From contig CM059427.1 in the NCBI GenBank assembly GCA_030390025.1, positions 92,566,001-92,630,000 on the forward strand: a stretch of 64,000 nt of DNA, in the 5' to 3' direction. This document shows, piece by piece, positions 1-11,732 of this stretch. The position numbers and the translations under genes were made by a program. The notes beneath the pieces are model-generated. The model saw only the letters and a list, made by a program, of their open reading frames with translations. It had not been told where the DNA came from and ran no database searches. This DNA comes from Squalus acanthias (taxonomy: Eukaryota). The first letter of the stretch is position 1. Each line of letters opens with the position of its first letter.

Positions 1-543
1 ACAATTTACAGAATTGGAATTTTATTCATAATTCCACCAACCTCACTAAAAATGCAATTTTTTGATAATAATTTTATACATCATTAACACTGTAATCCGA
101 CCAATATTTGTATAAACTCATTTTATACAGTGCATAATTTACTATATGAAAAAGATTAATTAATGGCTTAGATATTCCCTTACGCTGATGCAAACAGGCC
201 CTGGACCTGCTTGCATGAACCGTAAGACTTCTGTGTGCAATCGCTGGCCAGTTGGTGGGCAAAAAGCCCAACTCTGTGCCTGCGATTGCTTTCTTGAGGC
301 CTGCGCAGCAGACCCGTCAACACGTATGATGACAGGCTGCAAGTTTCGGATTTTGCGCATGGTTAAAGGGGACATTTTGTGTTTGGACATATTAAATATT
401 CTGTCCCTGTAGGTTGATGATTCTGACTGTCCCAGTGGAGGCATCTGTTGAAAATAAAGAGCTGTGTTGTTCTGAGCTTTATCTGACCAGAGTAAGAACA
501 CTAGATACAATAACACACTAATGACCTTTTTCACTTTCATTAG

Positions 544-3500
544 ATTTATCGCACAGGCAAATTGTCGTACAACGTGGATTTAACATTCTCGGTGAAAGAA
601 ACCGTCTGCTCCAAGAATTCTGGACTGGAATTTGATGATCCCAGCTGTCACTTCCGTCCCAAAAAGACTGCTGTGAGTCCTGAGTTATATTGTAGCATCG
701 AAACCCCCATGTCTACTGAGTTATATCATAGAAAGGGCCGTGTGTATTGAGTTATATCATAGAAAGGGCCGTGTGTACTGAGTTATATCATAGAAAGGGC
801 CGTGAGAACTGAGTTATATCATAGAAAGGGCCGTGTGTACAGAGTTATATCATAGAAACATAGAAACATAGAATCTAGGAGCAGGAGTAGGCCATTCGAG
901 CCTGCTCCGCCATTCAATACGATCATGGCTGATCATCCAAATCCAGTACCCTGTCCCTGCTTTAATCCCCACAGTACACATATCCCACCCTACCCCCGTA
1001 ACCCCACGTATTTAATTCCCCCTAACATATCCCATCCTATCCCCATAACCCCACATATTTAATCCCCCCTAACACTAAGGGTCAATTTATCATAGCCAAA
1101 TCAACCTAACCCACACATTTTTGGACTGTGGGAGGAAACCGGAGCACCCAGAGGAAACCCACGCAGACACGGGGAGAATGTGCAAACTCCACACAGACAG
1201 TCACCCGAGGTCAGATTCGAACCCGGGTCTCTGGCGCTGTGAGGCACCAGTGCTAACCACTATGCCACCGTGTTGCCCGAAAGGGCTGTGTGTACTGAGT
1301 TATATCATAGAAAGGGCCGTGTGTAATGAGTTATATCATAGAAAGGGCCGTGAGTACTGAGTTATATCATAGAAAGGGCTGTGTGTACTGAGTTATATCA
1401 TAGAAAGGGCCGTGAGTACTGAGTTATATCATAGAAAGGGCTGTGTGTACTGTGTTATATCATAGAAAGGGCCGTGAGTACTGAGTTATATCATAGAAAG
1501 GGCCATGAGTAACGAGTTATATCGTAGTAACTTTCTGTGCCAGTGCTGAGCTTACATTCATCAAGAGTTTTAATGAAATGTGTTTTATTTTGATAGGGAA
1601 ACGGGTTTTGCAAAAGCCGTGTTGAATATTTTGCTGATGAGGTTGTTGACATCGTTGTGGAGTGTCGAGGTTTGAAGACAGTTGACAGCAACAGTGATTC
1701 ATCAGAGTCAAGTGAAGACAGTATTGAGGTAACCTCATAATTATTCAAACCGCGACAATGGGGTTCCTGGACTTTGGGTCAGGATTTTCTCCCCTGTCGC
1801 AGTTTTTTTTTCCTATCTTCACTCTCTTCCCTTGGACAACAGTGTGAAGCAGTGAAAGAAAGATTGCATTGATATTTTTCACAACCTCACTGTCGTAAGT
1901 CATTTGGAAGAGCGGGATGTGACCAGGGTTGTGTAGAGAGCCCAATGAAGAGATCTTCAATTGTGTAAGGAACACACAGGTATGAGTAAAGAGAATGGGC
2001 ATCAGGGCAAAAATTCTCAAGTGGCTAAAGTTATTCCTGGCACAAAGGAAGATGGTCGTGGTTGTTGGTGGCTCATCATCTTTGCCCGAGGACATCATTG
2101 CATGAGTTCTCAGGGCAATGGTGTATGGCCAATCATCTTCAGCTGCTTCATCAAATTCCTAACCTTCATCATAAGGCCAGAAGTGGGTCTGTTCCCCTGT
2201 TCAGCTCCATTCATAATCGAAGCTTAGCATGCCTGCATGCAGCAAGACCTGGACAATATTCAGGATTGGGTTGCTAAGTGGCAAGGAACATTCGCATGAC
2301 AGAAGTGCGAGGCAATGACCATCTCAGACAAGATAGAGCCAAAGGGCTCTTCAGCATTGACAACCTTTCGACCCATCATTGATTGACATACTCACCAAAT
2401 TGAAAGACGATCAGAGCAGCACCCGTTTGATTTCAGTAGCAAAGAGTTCCCAACTAATATATCCAAATATTAAACTTTTATCATAGAAAGTAATCACTGC
2501 TCACTCTGTTGGGGTTAAGGCAATAAAGTCCACTTTATTACTTTAGTACTTTAACCGTTGGCTTAACACCCCACTGTACCAGGGCAGGATTGATTGATTG
2601 CTGCATTTTAGATTATCCCAGTGTTCGGTGAGGACTTTATCACCTCAACACTGAACTATTAAATCTCAACTGTGAAACCAATGAGTTAATCTTTCCCTGG
2701 ATTACTATCTAATACTTTTGATATCATTAATGTGAAGATGATTTTAAAACCGGATTCCATTTACAAAATGCCTAAATATCTAAATATGACTGTTTTACTC
2801 CAGGTGGAAAAGAAGTCAAAAGAAACATCACTTGAGGAGACTTCAAATGTAAGTATAAACAGGGACTTTGTGTCAGATGATTGTCTTCCTGGTCATGGTG
2901 CTCAACAACAATAAACTGTTGAAATGGTGGCTAAAGTAAATGTTGGTCCCTTAGAGGATGAGACCGGGAAATTAATGGTGGGAAATATGGAGATGGCAAA
3001 AACACTGAATGAATATTTTGTATCAGTCTTTACAGTAGAGGACACTAAGAATATCCCAACACTGGACAAACAGGGGGCTATAGGGGGAGAGGAGCTAAAC
3101 ACGATCAAAATCACTAAGGAAGTGGTACTCGGTAAAATAATGGGACTCAAGGCGGATAAATCACCTGGACCTGATGGCTTACATCCTAGAGTCTTGAAGG
3201 AAGTGGCGGTAGGGATTGTAGATGCATTGGTAATAATTTTTCAAAACTCCCTGGATTCCGCTAAGGTCCCGGCAGACTGGAAAACTGCTAATGTAACACC
3301 CTTATTTAAAAAGGGCAGTAGACAGAAGGCTGGTAACTATAGACCGGTTAGCCTAACATCTGTGGTAGGTAAAATTTTGGAGTCCATTATTAAGGAAACA
3401 GTAACAGGACATTTGGATAATCATAATTTAATAGGACAAAGTCAGCATGGTTTTACGAAGGGGAAGTCATGTTTGACAAATTTGCTGGAGTTCTTTGAGG

Positions 3501-6500
3501 AAGTAACATATAGAGTGGATAAAGGGGAACCAGTGGACGTAGTGTATTTAGACTTCCAAAAGGCATTTGACAAGGTGCCACACAAAAGATTATTGCTTAA
3601 GGTAAAAAATCACGGGATTGGGGGTAATATTCTGGCATGGATAGAGGATTGGCTATCTAACAGAAAGCAAAGAGTTGGGATAAATGGTTCATTCTCAGAC
3701 TGGCAATCAGTAACTAGTGGTGTTCCACAGGGGTCAGTGCTGGGTCCCCAACTCTTCACAATCTATATTAACGATTTGGAGGAAGGGACCAAGTGTAACA
3801 TATCAAAATTTGCAGATGATACAAAGATGGGAGGGAAAGTAGTGAGTGAGGAGGACATAAAAAACCTGCAAGGGGACATAGACAGGCTAAGTAAGTGGGC
3901 AGAGATTTGGCAGATGGAATACAACACTGGAAAGTGTGAGGTGATGCACTTTGGCAGGAAAAATCCTAGAGCAATTTATTATCTTAATGGCAAGAAACTG
4001 GAGAGTACTGAAGTGCAAAGGGATCTGGGGGTCCTGGTGCACGAAACTCAAAAGGTTAGTATGCAGGTGCAGCAAGTGATTAAGAAGGCAAATGGAATGT
4101 TGGCTTTCATTGCTAGGGGGATAGAATATAAAAATAGGGAGGTATTGCTTCAGTTGTACAAGGTATTGGTGAGACCGCACCTGGAATACTGCATACAGTT
4201 TTGGTGTCCTTACTTAAGGAAAGACATCCTTGCTCTCGAGGCAGTGCAAAAAAGGTTCACTCGGTTAATCCCGGGGATGAGGGGGTGGTCATATGAGGAG
4301 AGGTTGGGTAGATTGGGACTCTACTCATTGGAGTTCAGAAGAATGAGAGGCGATCTTATTGAAACATATAAGATTGTGAAGGGGTTGGATCGGGTGGATG
4401 CGGGGAGGATGTTCCCGATGATGGGTGAGACTAGAACTAGGGGACATAGTCTTAGAATAAGGGGCTGCTCTTTCAAAACTGAGATGAGGAGGAACTACTT
4501 CACTCAGAGGGTGGTAGGTCCATGGAATATGCTGCCACAAAAAGCTGTAGAAGCTACATCATTAAATAAATTTAAAACAGAAATAGACAGTTTCCTAGAA
4601 GTAAAGGGCATTAAGGGTTACGGGGAGCGGGCAGGAATTTGGACATGAGTCTAGGTTAGGTTCGGTCATGGCCCTGTGGGTAGTGGAGCGGGCCCAGGGA
4701 CCTTGTAGCCTGATTCTGCTCCTATTTCGTGTGTGCAATTCTGTTAGATGCAGGAGATGGTTCTGTGATAGATAGTAGATTGGCGGTTAGGATCAGATCA
4801 GCCATGATCTTATTGAATGGCGGAGCAGGCTCGAGGGGCCGATTGGCCTACTCCTGCTCCTATTTCTTATGTTCTTATGTTCTTATGTAGAATGGAGTCT
4901 CAGGCAGCAATGTGCTTTTATTCAATGCAATATCCACCCAGAGGCAGTGAGGGAAGGGGCACTGATGCTCAATTCCTATTGGATGTTCTCCAACCCATGA
5001 CAAAGGATTATTGAACTGATGAAAGTAGAGAGGATGAGTTTGTTTTCACTTAAGATAAAGTGAGCTGAATTCCCACAGCGTTAGGATAGGTACTCTGCTC
5101 CTGACCTCATTACAGCCTTGGTCCAAACATGGACAAAGGAGCTGAATTCCAGAAGTGAGGTGAGAGTGACTGCCCTTGACATCAAGGCAGCATTTGACCG
5201 AGTGTGGCATCAAGGAGCCCTAGTAAAACTGAAGTCCATGGGAATCAGGGAGAAAACGCTCTACTGGCTGGAGTCATACCTAGCACAAAGGAAGATGGTT
5301 GTGGTGATTAAAGGTCAATCATCACAGCCCCAGGACATCGCTGCAGGAGTTCCTCAGGGCAGTGACCTGGGACCAACCATCTTCAGCTGCTTCATCAATG
5401 ACCTTCCCTCCAACATAAGGTCAGAAATGAGGATGTTCGCTGATGACTGTACAATGTTCAGTGCCATTCGCAAATCCTCATATAATGAAGCAGTCCATGC
5501 CCGCATGCAACAAGACCTGGACGACGTTCAGGCTTGGGCTGATAAGTGGCAATTAACATTCGCGACACCGAAGTGCTAGGCAATGACTATCTCCAACAAG
5601 CGAGAGTCTATCCACCTCCCCATGACATTCAACGGCATTATCATGGCTGAATCCCCCACCATCAACATCCTGGGGGTCACCATTGACCAGAAACATAACT
5701 GGACCAGCCACATAAATACTGTAGCAACAAGAGCAGGTCAGAGGCTACGTATTCTGTGGCGAGTGTCTCACCTCCTGACTCCCCAAAGCCTTTCTACCAT
5801 CTACAAGGCACAAGTCAGGAGTGTGATGGAATACTCTCCACTTGCCTGGATGAGTGCAGCTGCAACAACACTCAAGAAGCTCCACACCATCCAGGACAAA
5901 GCAGCTCACTTGATTGGCACCCCATCCACCACCTTAAACATTCACTCCCTCCACCACTGGTGTACCGTGGCTGCAGTGTGTACCATTTACAAGATGCACT
6001 GCAGCAACTCGCTAAGGCTTCTTCGGCAGCACCTCCCAAACCCGCGACCTCTTCCACCTAGAAGGACAAGGGCAGCAGGCGCATGGGAACACCACCACCT
6101 CCAAGTTTCCCTCCAAGTCACATACCATCCTGAGTTTCAAGTATATCGCCGATCCTTCATCGTCCCTGGGTCAAAATCCTGGAACTCCTTACCTAACAGC
6201 ACTGTGGGAGTACCTTCACCACACGGACTGCAGCGGTTGAAGAATGCGGCTCACCACCACCTTCTCAAGGGCAACTAGAGATGGGCAATAAATGCTGGCC
6301 TTGCCAGCGACGCCTACATCCCAGGAACGAATAAAAAAAAAGTGATGACATCATGAGGGCAGTGTGTGTTACATTCTCACCATTTAATAAATAATTATTA
6401 GATTTTTGCACGGGACGGAGAATAAACACAATAGAAACCAATTGATGAATAATCTCAGCCTTCATTAGTTTAACCATTGACCCCAATGCCCCACTGTACC

Positions 6501-7236
6501 AGGGCTGTATTGATTATTGCTGCACTGCAGGACATGAAATGTTTGTTTAGGAATTTGCCACTCCCTGAACTCTGAAATGTCCAGAGTTAACACTTCCTCA
6601 TTTGTCATTTAATAATTTTGTTTAATTCTTTTATTATTTAAAAAATGTATCATTGATCCACTGTGCTAAACATATCAATATGAATACTTTAATTCAGGTG
6701 AAAAACAAGTCAAAAGAATCGTCACTCGAGGAGCCTCCAAATGTAAGTATAATCTGGGACTTTTACTCAGATGATTATCAACTACAATAAACTGTTGAAA
6801 CCTGGATTCAGCTGTGTCAGAATCGAGTCTGAGGCAGCTCTGTGTTTTTATTCAATTAAATGAATGCCTGGAGCCTAGAAATTTAACGAGTTCACAATTT
6901 CTCATTTATGGTTTAATAATCAGTGAAATCTATGTTTTGAAGATAATTCTAAAACTCAATATTATTTACACAATGTCTCATTAATCCCCTGTACTAAACA
7001 GATAAATGTTAATATTTTAATACAGATGAAAAGCAAGTCAAAAGAATTATCGCTCGAGGAGTCTTCAAATGTAAGTATAAACTGGGACTTTGTTTCAGAT
7101 AATTGCCTTCTTGATCATGATTATCAACAACAATAAAACACTGATCTCAGATTGAACTCAGTCCATCTGAAAATGACAATTCTGTTGATTCCGTTCACTA
7201 CAGGAACACAATGATGATTCAAGAGCCCGACACTAA
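544..7236 (+). CDS. spp2-like: SPP2 (secreted phosphoprotein 24)-like secreted cystatin-fold phosphoprotein, copy A (5'-partial; exons 1-2 lie upstream of the window)
   Basis: Exons 544-672, 1597-1728, 2804-2848, 6698-6742, 7026-7070, 7204-7236 (TAA). All have AG/GT boundaries and phase 0, and the frame is continuous. The translation contains LTFSVKETVCSK...PSCHF and FCKSRV...VEC followed by a Ser/Glu-rich tail, resembling SPP24 (LEFSIRETTC...CAF, VCRSTV...C, poly-Ser) as recalled. Confidence 0.85.
715..1523. repeat. 31-bp minisatellite in intron 3 of copy A (~12 units, interrupted by a SINE)
   Basis: Tandem ACTGAGTTATATCATAGAAAGGGCCGTG(T/A)GT. Confidence 0.95.
851..1278 (-). mobile_element. 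Full-length tRNA-derived V-SINE (HE1-like) with a CR1-type 3' tail, specific to copy A
   Basis: On the minus strand: A box TGGCATAGTGG, B box GGTTCGAATC, V-domain GTGGAGTTTGCACATTCTCCCCGTGTCTGCGTGGGTTTCCTC, and a tail ending (TTTCTATG)n. Absent from the minisatellite of copies B-E. Confidence 0.9.
1985..2345 (+). mobile_element. Old, degenerate non-LTR RT fragment in intron 4 (same family as the intron-5 LINE; present in all five copies)
   Basis: GCACAAAGGAAGATGG..., TTCAGCTGCTTCATCAA and GCATGCAGCAAGACCTGGAC align with 5284-5600, with deletions. Confidence 0.75.
2924..4648 (+). CDS. CR1 ORF2 reverse transcriptase and C-terminal region (no endonuclease domain; ATG supplied by the host flank)
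   Basis: 574 aa open frame with canonical non-LTR RT motifs. Confidence 0.85.
   Translation: MVAKVNVGPLEDETGKLMVGNMEMAKTLNEYFVSVFTVEDTKNIPTLDKQGAIGGEELNTIKITKEVVLGKIMGLKADKSPGPDGLHPRVLKEVAVGIVDALVIIFQNSLDSAKVPADWKTANVTPLFKKGSRQKAGNYRPVSLTSVVGKILESIIKETVTGHLDNHNLIGQSQHGFTKGKSCLTNLLEFFEEVTYRVDKGEPVDVVYLDFQKAFDKVPHKRLLLKVKNHGIGGNILAWIEDWLSNRKQRVGINGSFSDWQSVTSGVPQGSVLGPQLFTIYINDLEEGTKCNISKFADDTKMGGKVVSEEDIKNLQGDIDRLSKWAEIWQMEYNTGKCEVMHFGRKNPRAIYYLNGKKLESTEVQRDLGVLVHETQKVSMQVQQVIKKANGMLAFIARGIEYKNREVLLQLYKVLVRPHLEYCIQFWCPYLRKDILALEAVQKRFTRLIPGMRGWSYEERLGRLGLYSLEFRRMRGDLIETYKIVKGLDRVDAGRMFPMMGETRTRGHSLRIRGCSFKTEMRRNYFTQRVVGPWNMLPQKAVEATSLNKFKTEIDSFLEVKGIKGYGERAGIWT
2928..4888 (+). mobile_element. 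5'-truncated young CR1 LINE, specific to copy A (intron 5)
   Basis: Uninterrupted ORF2 remainder with KSPGPDG, NYRPVSLTS, YLDFQKAFDKVPH, GVPQGSVLGP and KFADD, then a 3' UTR ending (TTCTTATG)n. The empty site GAAATGGAGTCAGAATGG is visible at 16327. Confidence 0.96.
5092..6341 (+). mobile_element. 5'-truncated CR1-group (possibly Zenon-like) LINE with poly(A) end, intron 5 of copy A; disrupted
   Basis: ALDIKAAFDRVWH, GVPQGS, MFADD, then AATAAA and an A-tail; in-frame stop at 5577-5579. Confidence 0.9.
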
Positions 7237-7295
7237 CCATGAATGAAACTTCTGAAAGGCCGAGCTTGGTGTGAACACAAGAAGACCTCATTCAG

Positions 7296-7301
7296 ATTAA
7301 A
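7296..7301 (+). terminator. Putative polyadenylation signal ATTAAA of the SPP2-like gene (conserved in all copies)
   Basis: ATTAAA 60 nt after the stop, followed by T/GT-rich sequence. Confidence 0.45.
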
Positions 7302-9322
7302 GAAGAAGTGATGAATTGTACTTCACTTGTTTATATATAAGGGGGGACCTGGTGTTCCTGACTGTACATTTTACTGTAACTGGGAGATTCTATAGTTTGT
7401 AAATGTTCTGTCCTTTGCTGTGTATTATTGTCTTGTATTCTGTGGATCAAATTAAAAATATAAAGAGAATATTTCCTGATGTTCTTCCAAATGTTGTTTC
7501 TCACTTCACTGATTAGATGGGAGTTCAGACAGACACAGCGCTCAAACCAGCCTGTCATACACTTGTGACAAGTTTCCTCATTTGACTGGTAGCTGCTGGT
7601 GAACTGGGGCTTTTGCTGCTGAAACTGAGTGTGGCAAGGTGAAGAAATGGCATTGCAAAATATCTGGAATTCCTGCTCTCCGATGTTTGCTTTGAAGGAG
7701 AATAGTGAAGCTCGCAGTGCAGCTGTGACTGTAGAATTGCAGACTTCCCCTTCATCTTTCTCACTTACAAGTAGGTTGCCAGCATTATATGATGGTGCAA
7801 AGCTGGCCGAGGTTATCGGATCTCTTAACTTACCCCAAGCCCTGCCTCCTCTTACCTCGAGAGTCATGTTTGGGGTGGGCAAGGAGCTGGGATATCTGGG
7901 TCCCAAGCTAGTATTGGAGTCATACCTGGCCAGTTCTGTGCAGTTGACACCAGTCTGTTTACAACTGTTGTGAGGACAGGAGGAGCAGTTGAGTGTCTGT
8001 ACGGAGAAGGAGAGAGTTGCCGTGACCTGCTGTGAGGAGAAGAAGCATGCCGAGTGTGGGGGAGAAGATTGAATGAAGTATGTTTCTGGGGTGGGGTGGG
8101 AAATAAAAGCCATGGAAAGGTGACACTCCTGTAAATGGAGACAAGATTGTCCCAGCAACCGGCACTTCAAACTTTACATCTTAGCAACGCTGGGTGCCAG
8201 AAACTCACTGATGGTCATAGCACCCAGAGTTGCTATGGCATTACTGGTGACAAATGTGTCGTCTGGCCTCACCCTATCATTAACAACTTTGAACAAGCTG
8301 GCCTATAAGGTCTACAGTAACCTTTAAAGAGACAAAGCATCCATAACATCCTAATACTCTGATTGCAAAGTTGTGATGTGTCAACCAATCACCTAATTAC
8401 TATATGATGGATTAGTTTCTGCTGGACTAGTCACTGAGTTGGACTACTGCATAATAGTGTATTTGCCTTATAAACCTCAACAAGGTGGAATACTGTTAAA
8501 TTAGAGGGTATCCTGGATATAAATGTCACAGAACTGCCAACCGTTAGTTCAGTTATTGATCTGGTCCCATTTTAAATGTTCTCTCAAATGCAATTGACAT
8601 CAGAGAAGAAAAGGAATTTATAGTCACTTGATTTACATTGCTATGAGTGATTGAAAGTGATTGAGAGTGGGAGCCCTGCTTGTGGGAGCCCTGGTTCAGA
8701 CAATTTTGTATATTCCATCTACCCAGGTTGCTCTCAGTGCAAACAGCTTTAGAATGGGTGCGATGTTTGCCAGCTATGGAATCCCATTAAGAAATATTAA
8801 AACATAGAGAGGGTAATTTTCCCCTTGTACATTGGTGGCAGGACATCGTGCCCATTGATAGCACGTATTGGAACGCCATTGGCAGTGTGCCAGGGATTCG
8901 TCTGTCCACACTGCTAGCAGGCGAGGTCCACATCACCACCGGACACTTAAGAAGCTACCCCCAGGGTCTTTCATGACTTAAAACGTGACTGATCTCCGTT
9001 CCAACACACCCGCCTTCAAAATCCTGAGCTCTTCAAATATAGAATCAGAGGCTCCAAAGTTCCAAGTCCCGCAATCTGCCAGAGGACGTGTGTTGAGGCG
9101 GGACTTCAGCTTGTCCGAGGGCCTAGACATTGGTCCTGTCAGATATCCTGGCCCCAGCTCATTATAAAATTGCTGGGCAGGACAAAGCCATGAGTCCTGC
9201 GATCAATTGAAGGCCCAGAAAGCACAAGGGGCCGAGGAAGGTGGAATGTGTTGGCATTGAAAGGCAGTCTGCAATTAAAGGGGCAAAGTCAGGAAACAGG
9301 AAGTGGAGATGGTATCAGTGAA

Positions 9323-9535
9323 CAGGAGGGAAAGAAGAGCTGGAGATTTTCAGAGTGAGTTGGAGCCCTTATTATCTGAGATAAGGCAGCAGAGAGGTGC
9401 CCTATTGGAGGCAGGAGGCAAATATTCTGCATACAGTCAAGCAATCTGGAAGGAAATGGCACTCTCAGTAAATGGGCCTACATGGCCCGCAGGACACCAC
9501 TGCAATGTAGGAAAAAGTTTAATGATCTGACAAGG
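9323..9535 (+). mobile_element. Decayed Myb/SANT-like ORF of a PIF/Harbinger transposon (also near 20772, 32273, and split by Penelope at 45400/49500)
   Basis: RERRAGDF.SELEPLLSEIRQQRGALL...IWKEMALSVN, then a frameshift into RTPLQCRKKFNDLTR, typical of Harbinger/NAIF1-like Myb domains. Confidence 0.7.
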
Positions 9536-9811
9536 TGCCAAAGATAGGCGCTGTGGCAGTTATGTGACAATCTAACTTGTACCATAGAGTGACAGAGAAA
9601 AGAATGTACTGCATGTCATAATTATTCCTGTGCTACCCTATCGGGTGTCACAGTGAGCAAGGAATTCACAAATACAGTAACTGTCTCACCTACATCCCTC
9701 CAGAATCATCTGTCCTCGAATGCCAGTCTTGTGGAATGTCACCTTCCGTGTCAAAGTTCTCACACCGCCGTTAATATTCACTCTCAAGAGCTGATAGATG
9801 ACAGGAAAGAA

Positions 9812-9942
9812 ATGATGCGGAGATGCCGGTTGTTGGACTGGGGTGGACAAAAGTGATAAGTCGCAAAACACCAGGTTATAGTCCAACAGTTTTAATTGAA
9901 ATCACAAGCTTTCGGAACGGCTGCTCCTTCACCTGTCGAAGG
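9812..9942 (-). mobile_element. Short Penelope terminal (pLTR) fragment with hammerhead remnant (also 21261-21391, 32762-32891, 49924-50053)
   Basis: Matches the termini of the Penelope copies at 49380-49480 and 63400-63520. Confidence 0.8.
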
Positions 9943-10669
9943 GTTGGACAGTGTTACAGAGCTTGAAAATTCTTCCCTCCCTGCAGTGGAAAATTGCTCA
10001 TGATTCAAAGAAACATCATTCAACAGGCAGATGACCATTGGACATGAGGAGGAAGAGACAATGGAGATATCGAGCACCAACTCCTCTCCAGTCGTAGGGG
10101 ATGGTAAACTAGGAGTCCCATCAGTCACAGGGAGTTTGTTCAGATTACCTCCACCTGCATCATCAGGTACTGACAGAAATGCCTGTTAGGAGCAGGCAGT
10201 CAATACGGGGACAGACTCTAGGGCAGAAATGATGGGATTTCGGAGTGGTGATGTCATCCTGTCCCAAACCTGTCGTTTACACGTTTGCACTCGTTACAGG
10301 ACCATTGCATCTTACTCCGCTCACCACCCTCGGTGGGAAACTTCATTCACACAAAATGGCTGGATCTCGGGTGGATCCAGAGTCCACCTCCTCCCCAATT
10401 CTGGCCCCTAGGCAATCAATTCGCCCCACTTCCATCTACCCTCAGTCTAAACACCAACCTAACATAATCTTCAATGGCTGATACGATATGTTCAAACGGC
10501 TCAATGATCTTCAATTTGAAGATCAAGCACGAGCAGCAGCCAATGCTGAGAAGACCGAAAAGTAAACGATTAACTCAAATTAAATGAACAGCAGGAGTAT
10601 GCAGACAAGCAGCCTCCACTAGTAGTAATATGAGATTGATTTAAATACCCTGAAATGGGGAGAGGTTTA

Positions 10670-10899
10670 TGTGGAGTTTGCACATTCTCCCCGTGTCTGC
10701 GTGGGTTTCCTCCGGGTGCTCCGGTTTCCTCCCCCAGTCCAAAGATGTGCGGGTTAGGTTGATTTGGCTATGATAAATTGACCCTTAGTGTTAGGGGGGA
10801 TTAAATACGTGGGGTTACGGGGATAGGGTGGGAGATGTGTCGGTGCAGGCTCGATGGGCCGAAATGGCCTCTATCTGCATTGTGGGGATTCTGTGATTC
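10670..10899 (+). mobile_element. 5'-truncated V-SINE (also 22119-22348, 33619-33848, 50781-51010)
   Basis: V-domain followed by a tail ending GATTCTGTGATTC. Confidence 0.88.
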
Positions 10900-11732
10900 A
10901 AAGATTCCAACTTCTGTAACATTATTCATCTTTACAGTCATGTGCAGTTCTGATGAACACTTTAAGTTGTTAATGGAAATATTATTACAGTTGTTTGCAG
11001 AAGTTGACAGCTGTTTATCTTCAGAACTTTCTCCTCTTGCTGAACTAATGCTTAGCTTCTCCCAAATCTTCCCCTCACCCTCGTCCGCCCCCTTCCCCTC
11101 CCACACAAAACCTCGGGCCTCCACACAGCCTCATGTAACCGGGAAGGCAGGAAGCCCGAACATGGACTTCTCCACATCTGTCAACAATCCCCCAGTCCAA
11201 AATAAATCTCTGGATGTAGCGCCTACGCATCTGGAGTTGAATGGCCTCTGTTGCCAGGAGCCTGCTGCAGCTACAGAGAAACTTTGGTATTTGATGTGAT
11301 TTCTCTCAATGGTTTCTTTTCAGAAACTTACCCAGAGTCAGAAAGTGTACAATCTGAGCTGAAGTGTGGTCATGACGTTAAGGTCACACAAATTAATGAC
11401 CAAACGTCACTGTGCCAGCAGCACTGAAATGACCAAGGCACCTGGGATTTAAAAGCACTAGCACAGGGCTACTATTGATGGTGAAGCTGTGTGTATATCA
11501 GGGGTTTACCACTGATTGCATTGGCATGAGGTGATTTGTGTAGAGAGCGGTGTTAATTCAGCAAACTCAATCTCGCCAATGATTTTAATGTGGGCGGAGC
11601 TACGATAATTAACTGTTCAACTTTCTCAGCGAGGGTCTCTGAAGCAGATCAAAAACCCCCGCAAATTATGGTGTGGCGTAAGGAATAGCATAAGTCACTC
11701 ACGCTATAATCGCCAGGAATTCCTACACCATA

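Noticed and set aside
551-557. Alternative acceptor GCACAG for exon 3
   Set aside because: It would break the frame after the phase-0 end of exon 2; TAG at 541-543 keeps it.
562-750. Short ORFs overlapping exons (562-750, 2732-2914, 12997-13269 and their paralogues) as stand-alone genes
   Set aside because: They are exons read through into introns.
1205-1278. tRNA gene
   Set aside because: The A and B boxes belong to the tRNA-derived head of a SINE and run directly into the V-domain.
715-1523. CRISPR-like appearance of the 31-bp repeats
   Set aside because: The repeats are directly adjacent with no unique spacers, and the context is a eukaryotic intron; this is a minisatellite.
7331-8170. 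279-aa minus-strand ORF (also 18780-19619)
   Set aside because: No recognisable domain. It is open only in A/B because of an 11-bp deletion and is broken in C and D.
10835-11299. 154-aa ORF conserved in four units
   Set aside because: It starts within a SINE tail and has no domain signal; conservation only reflects recent duplication.
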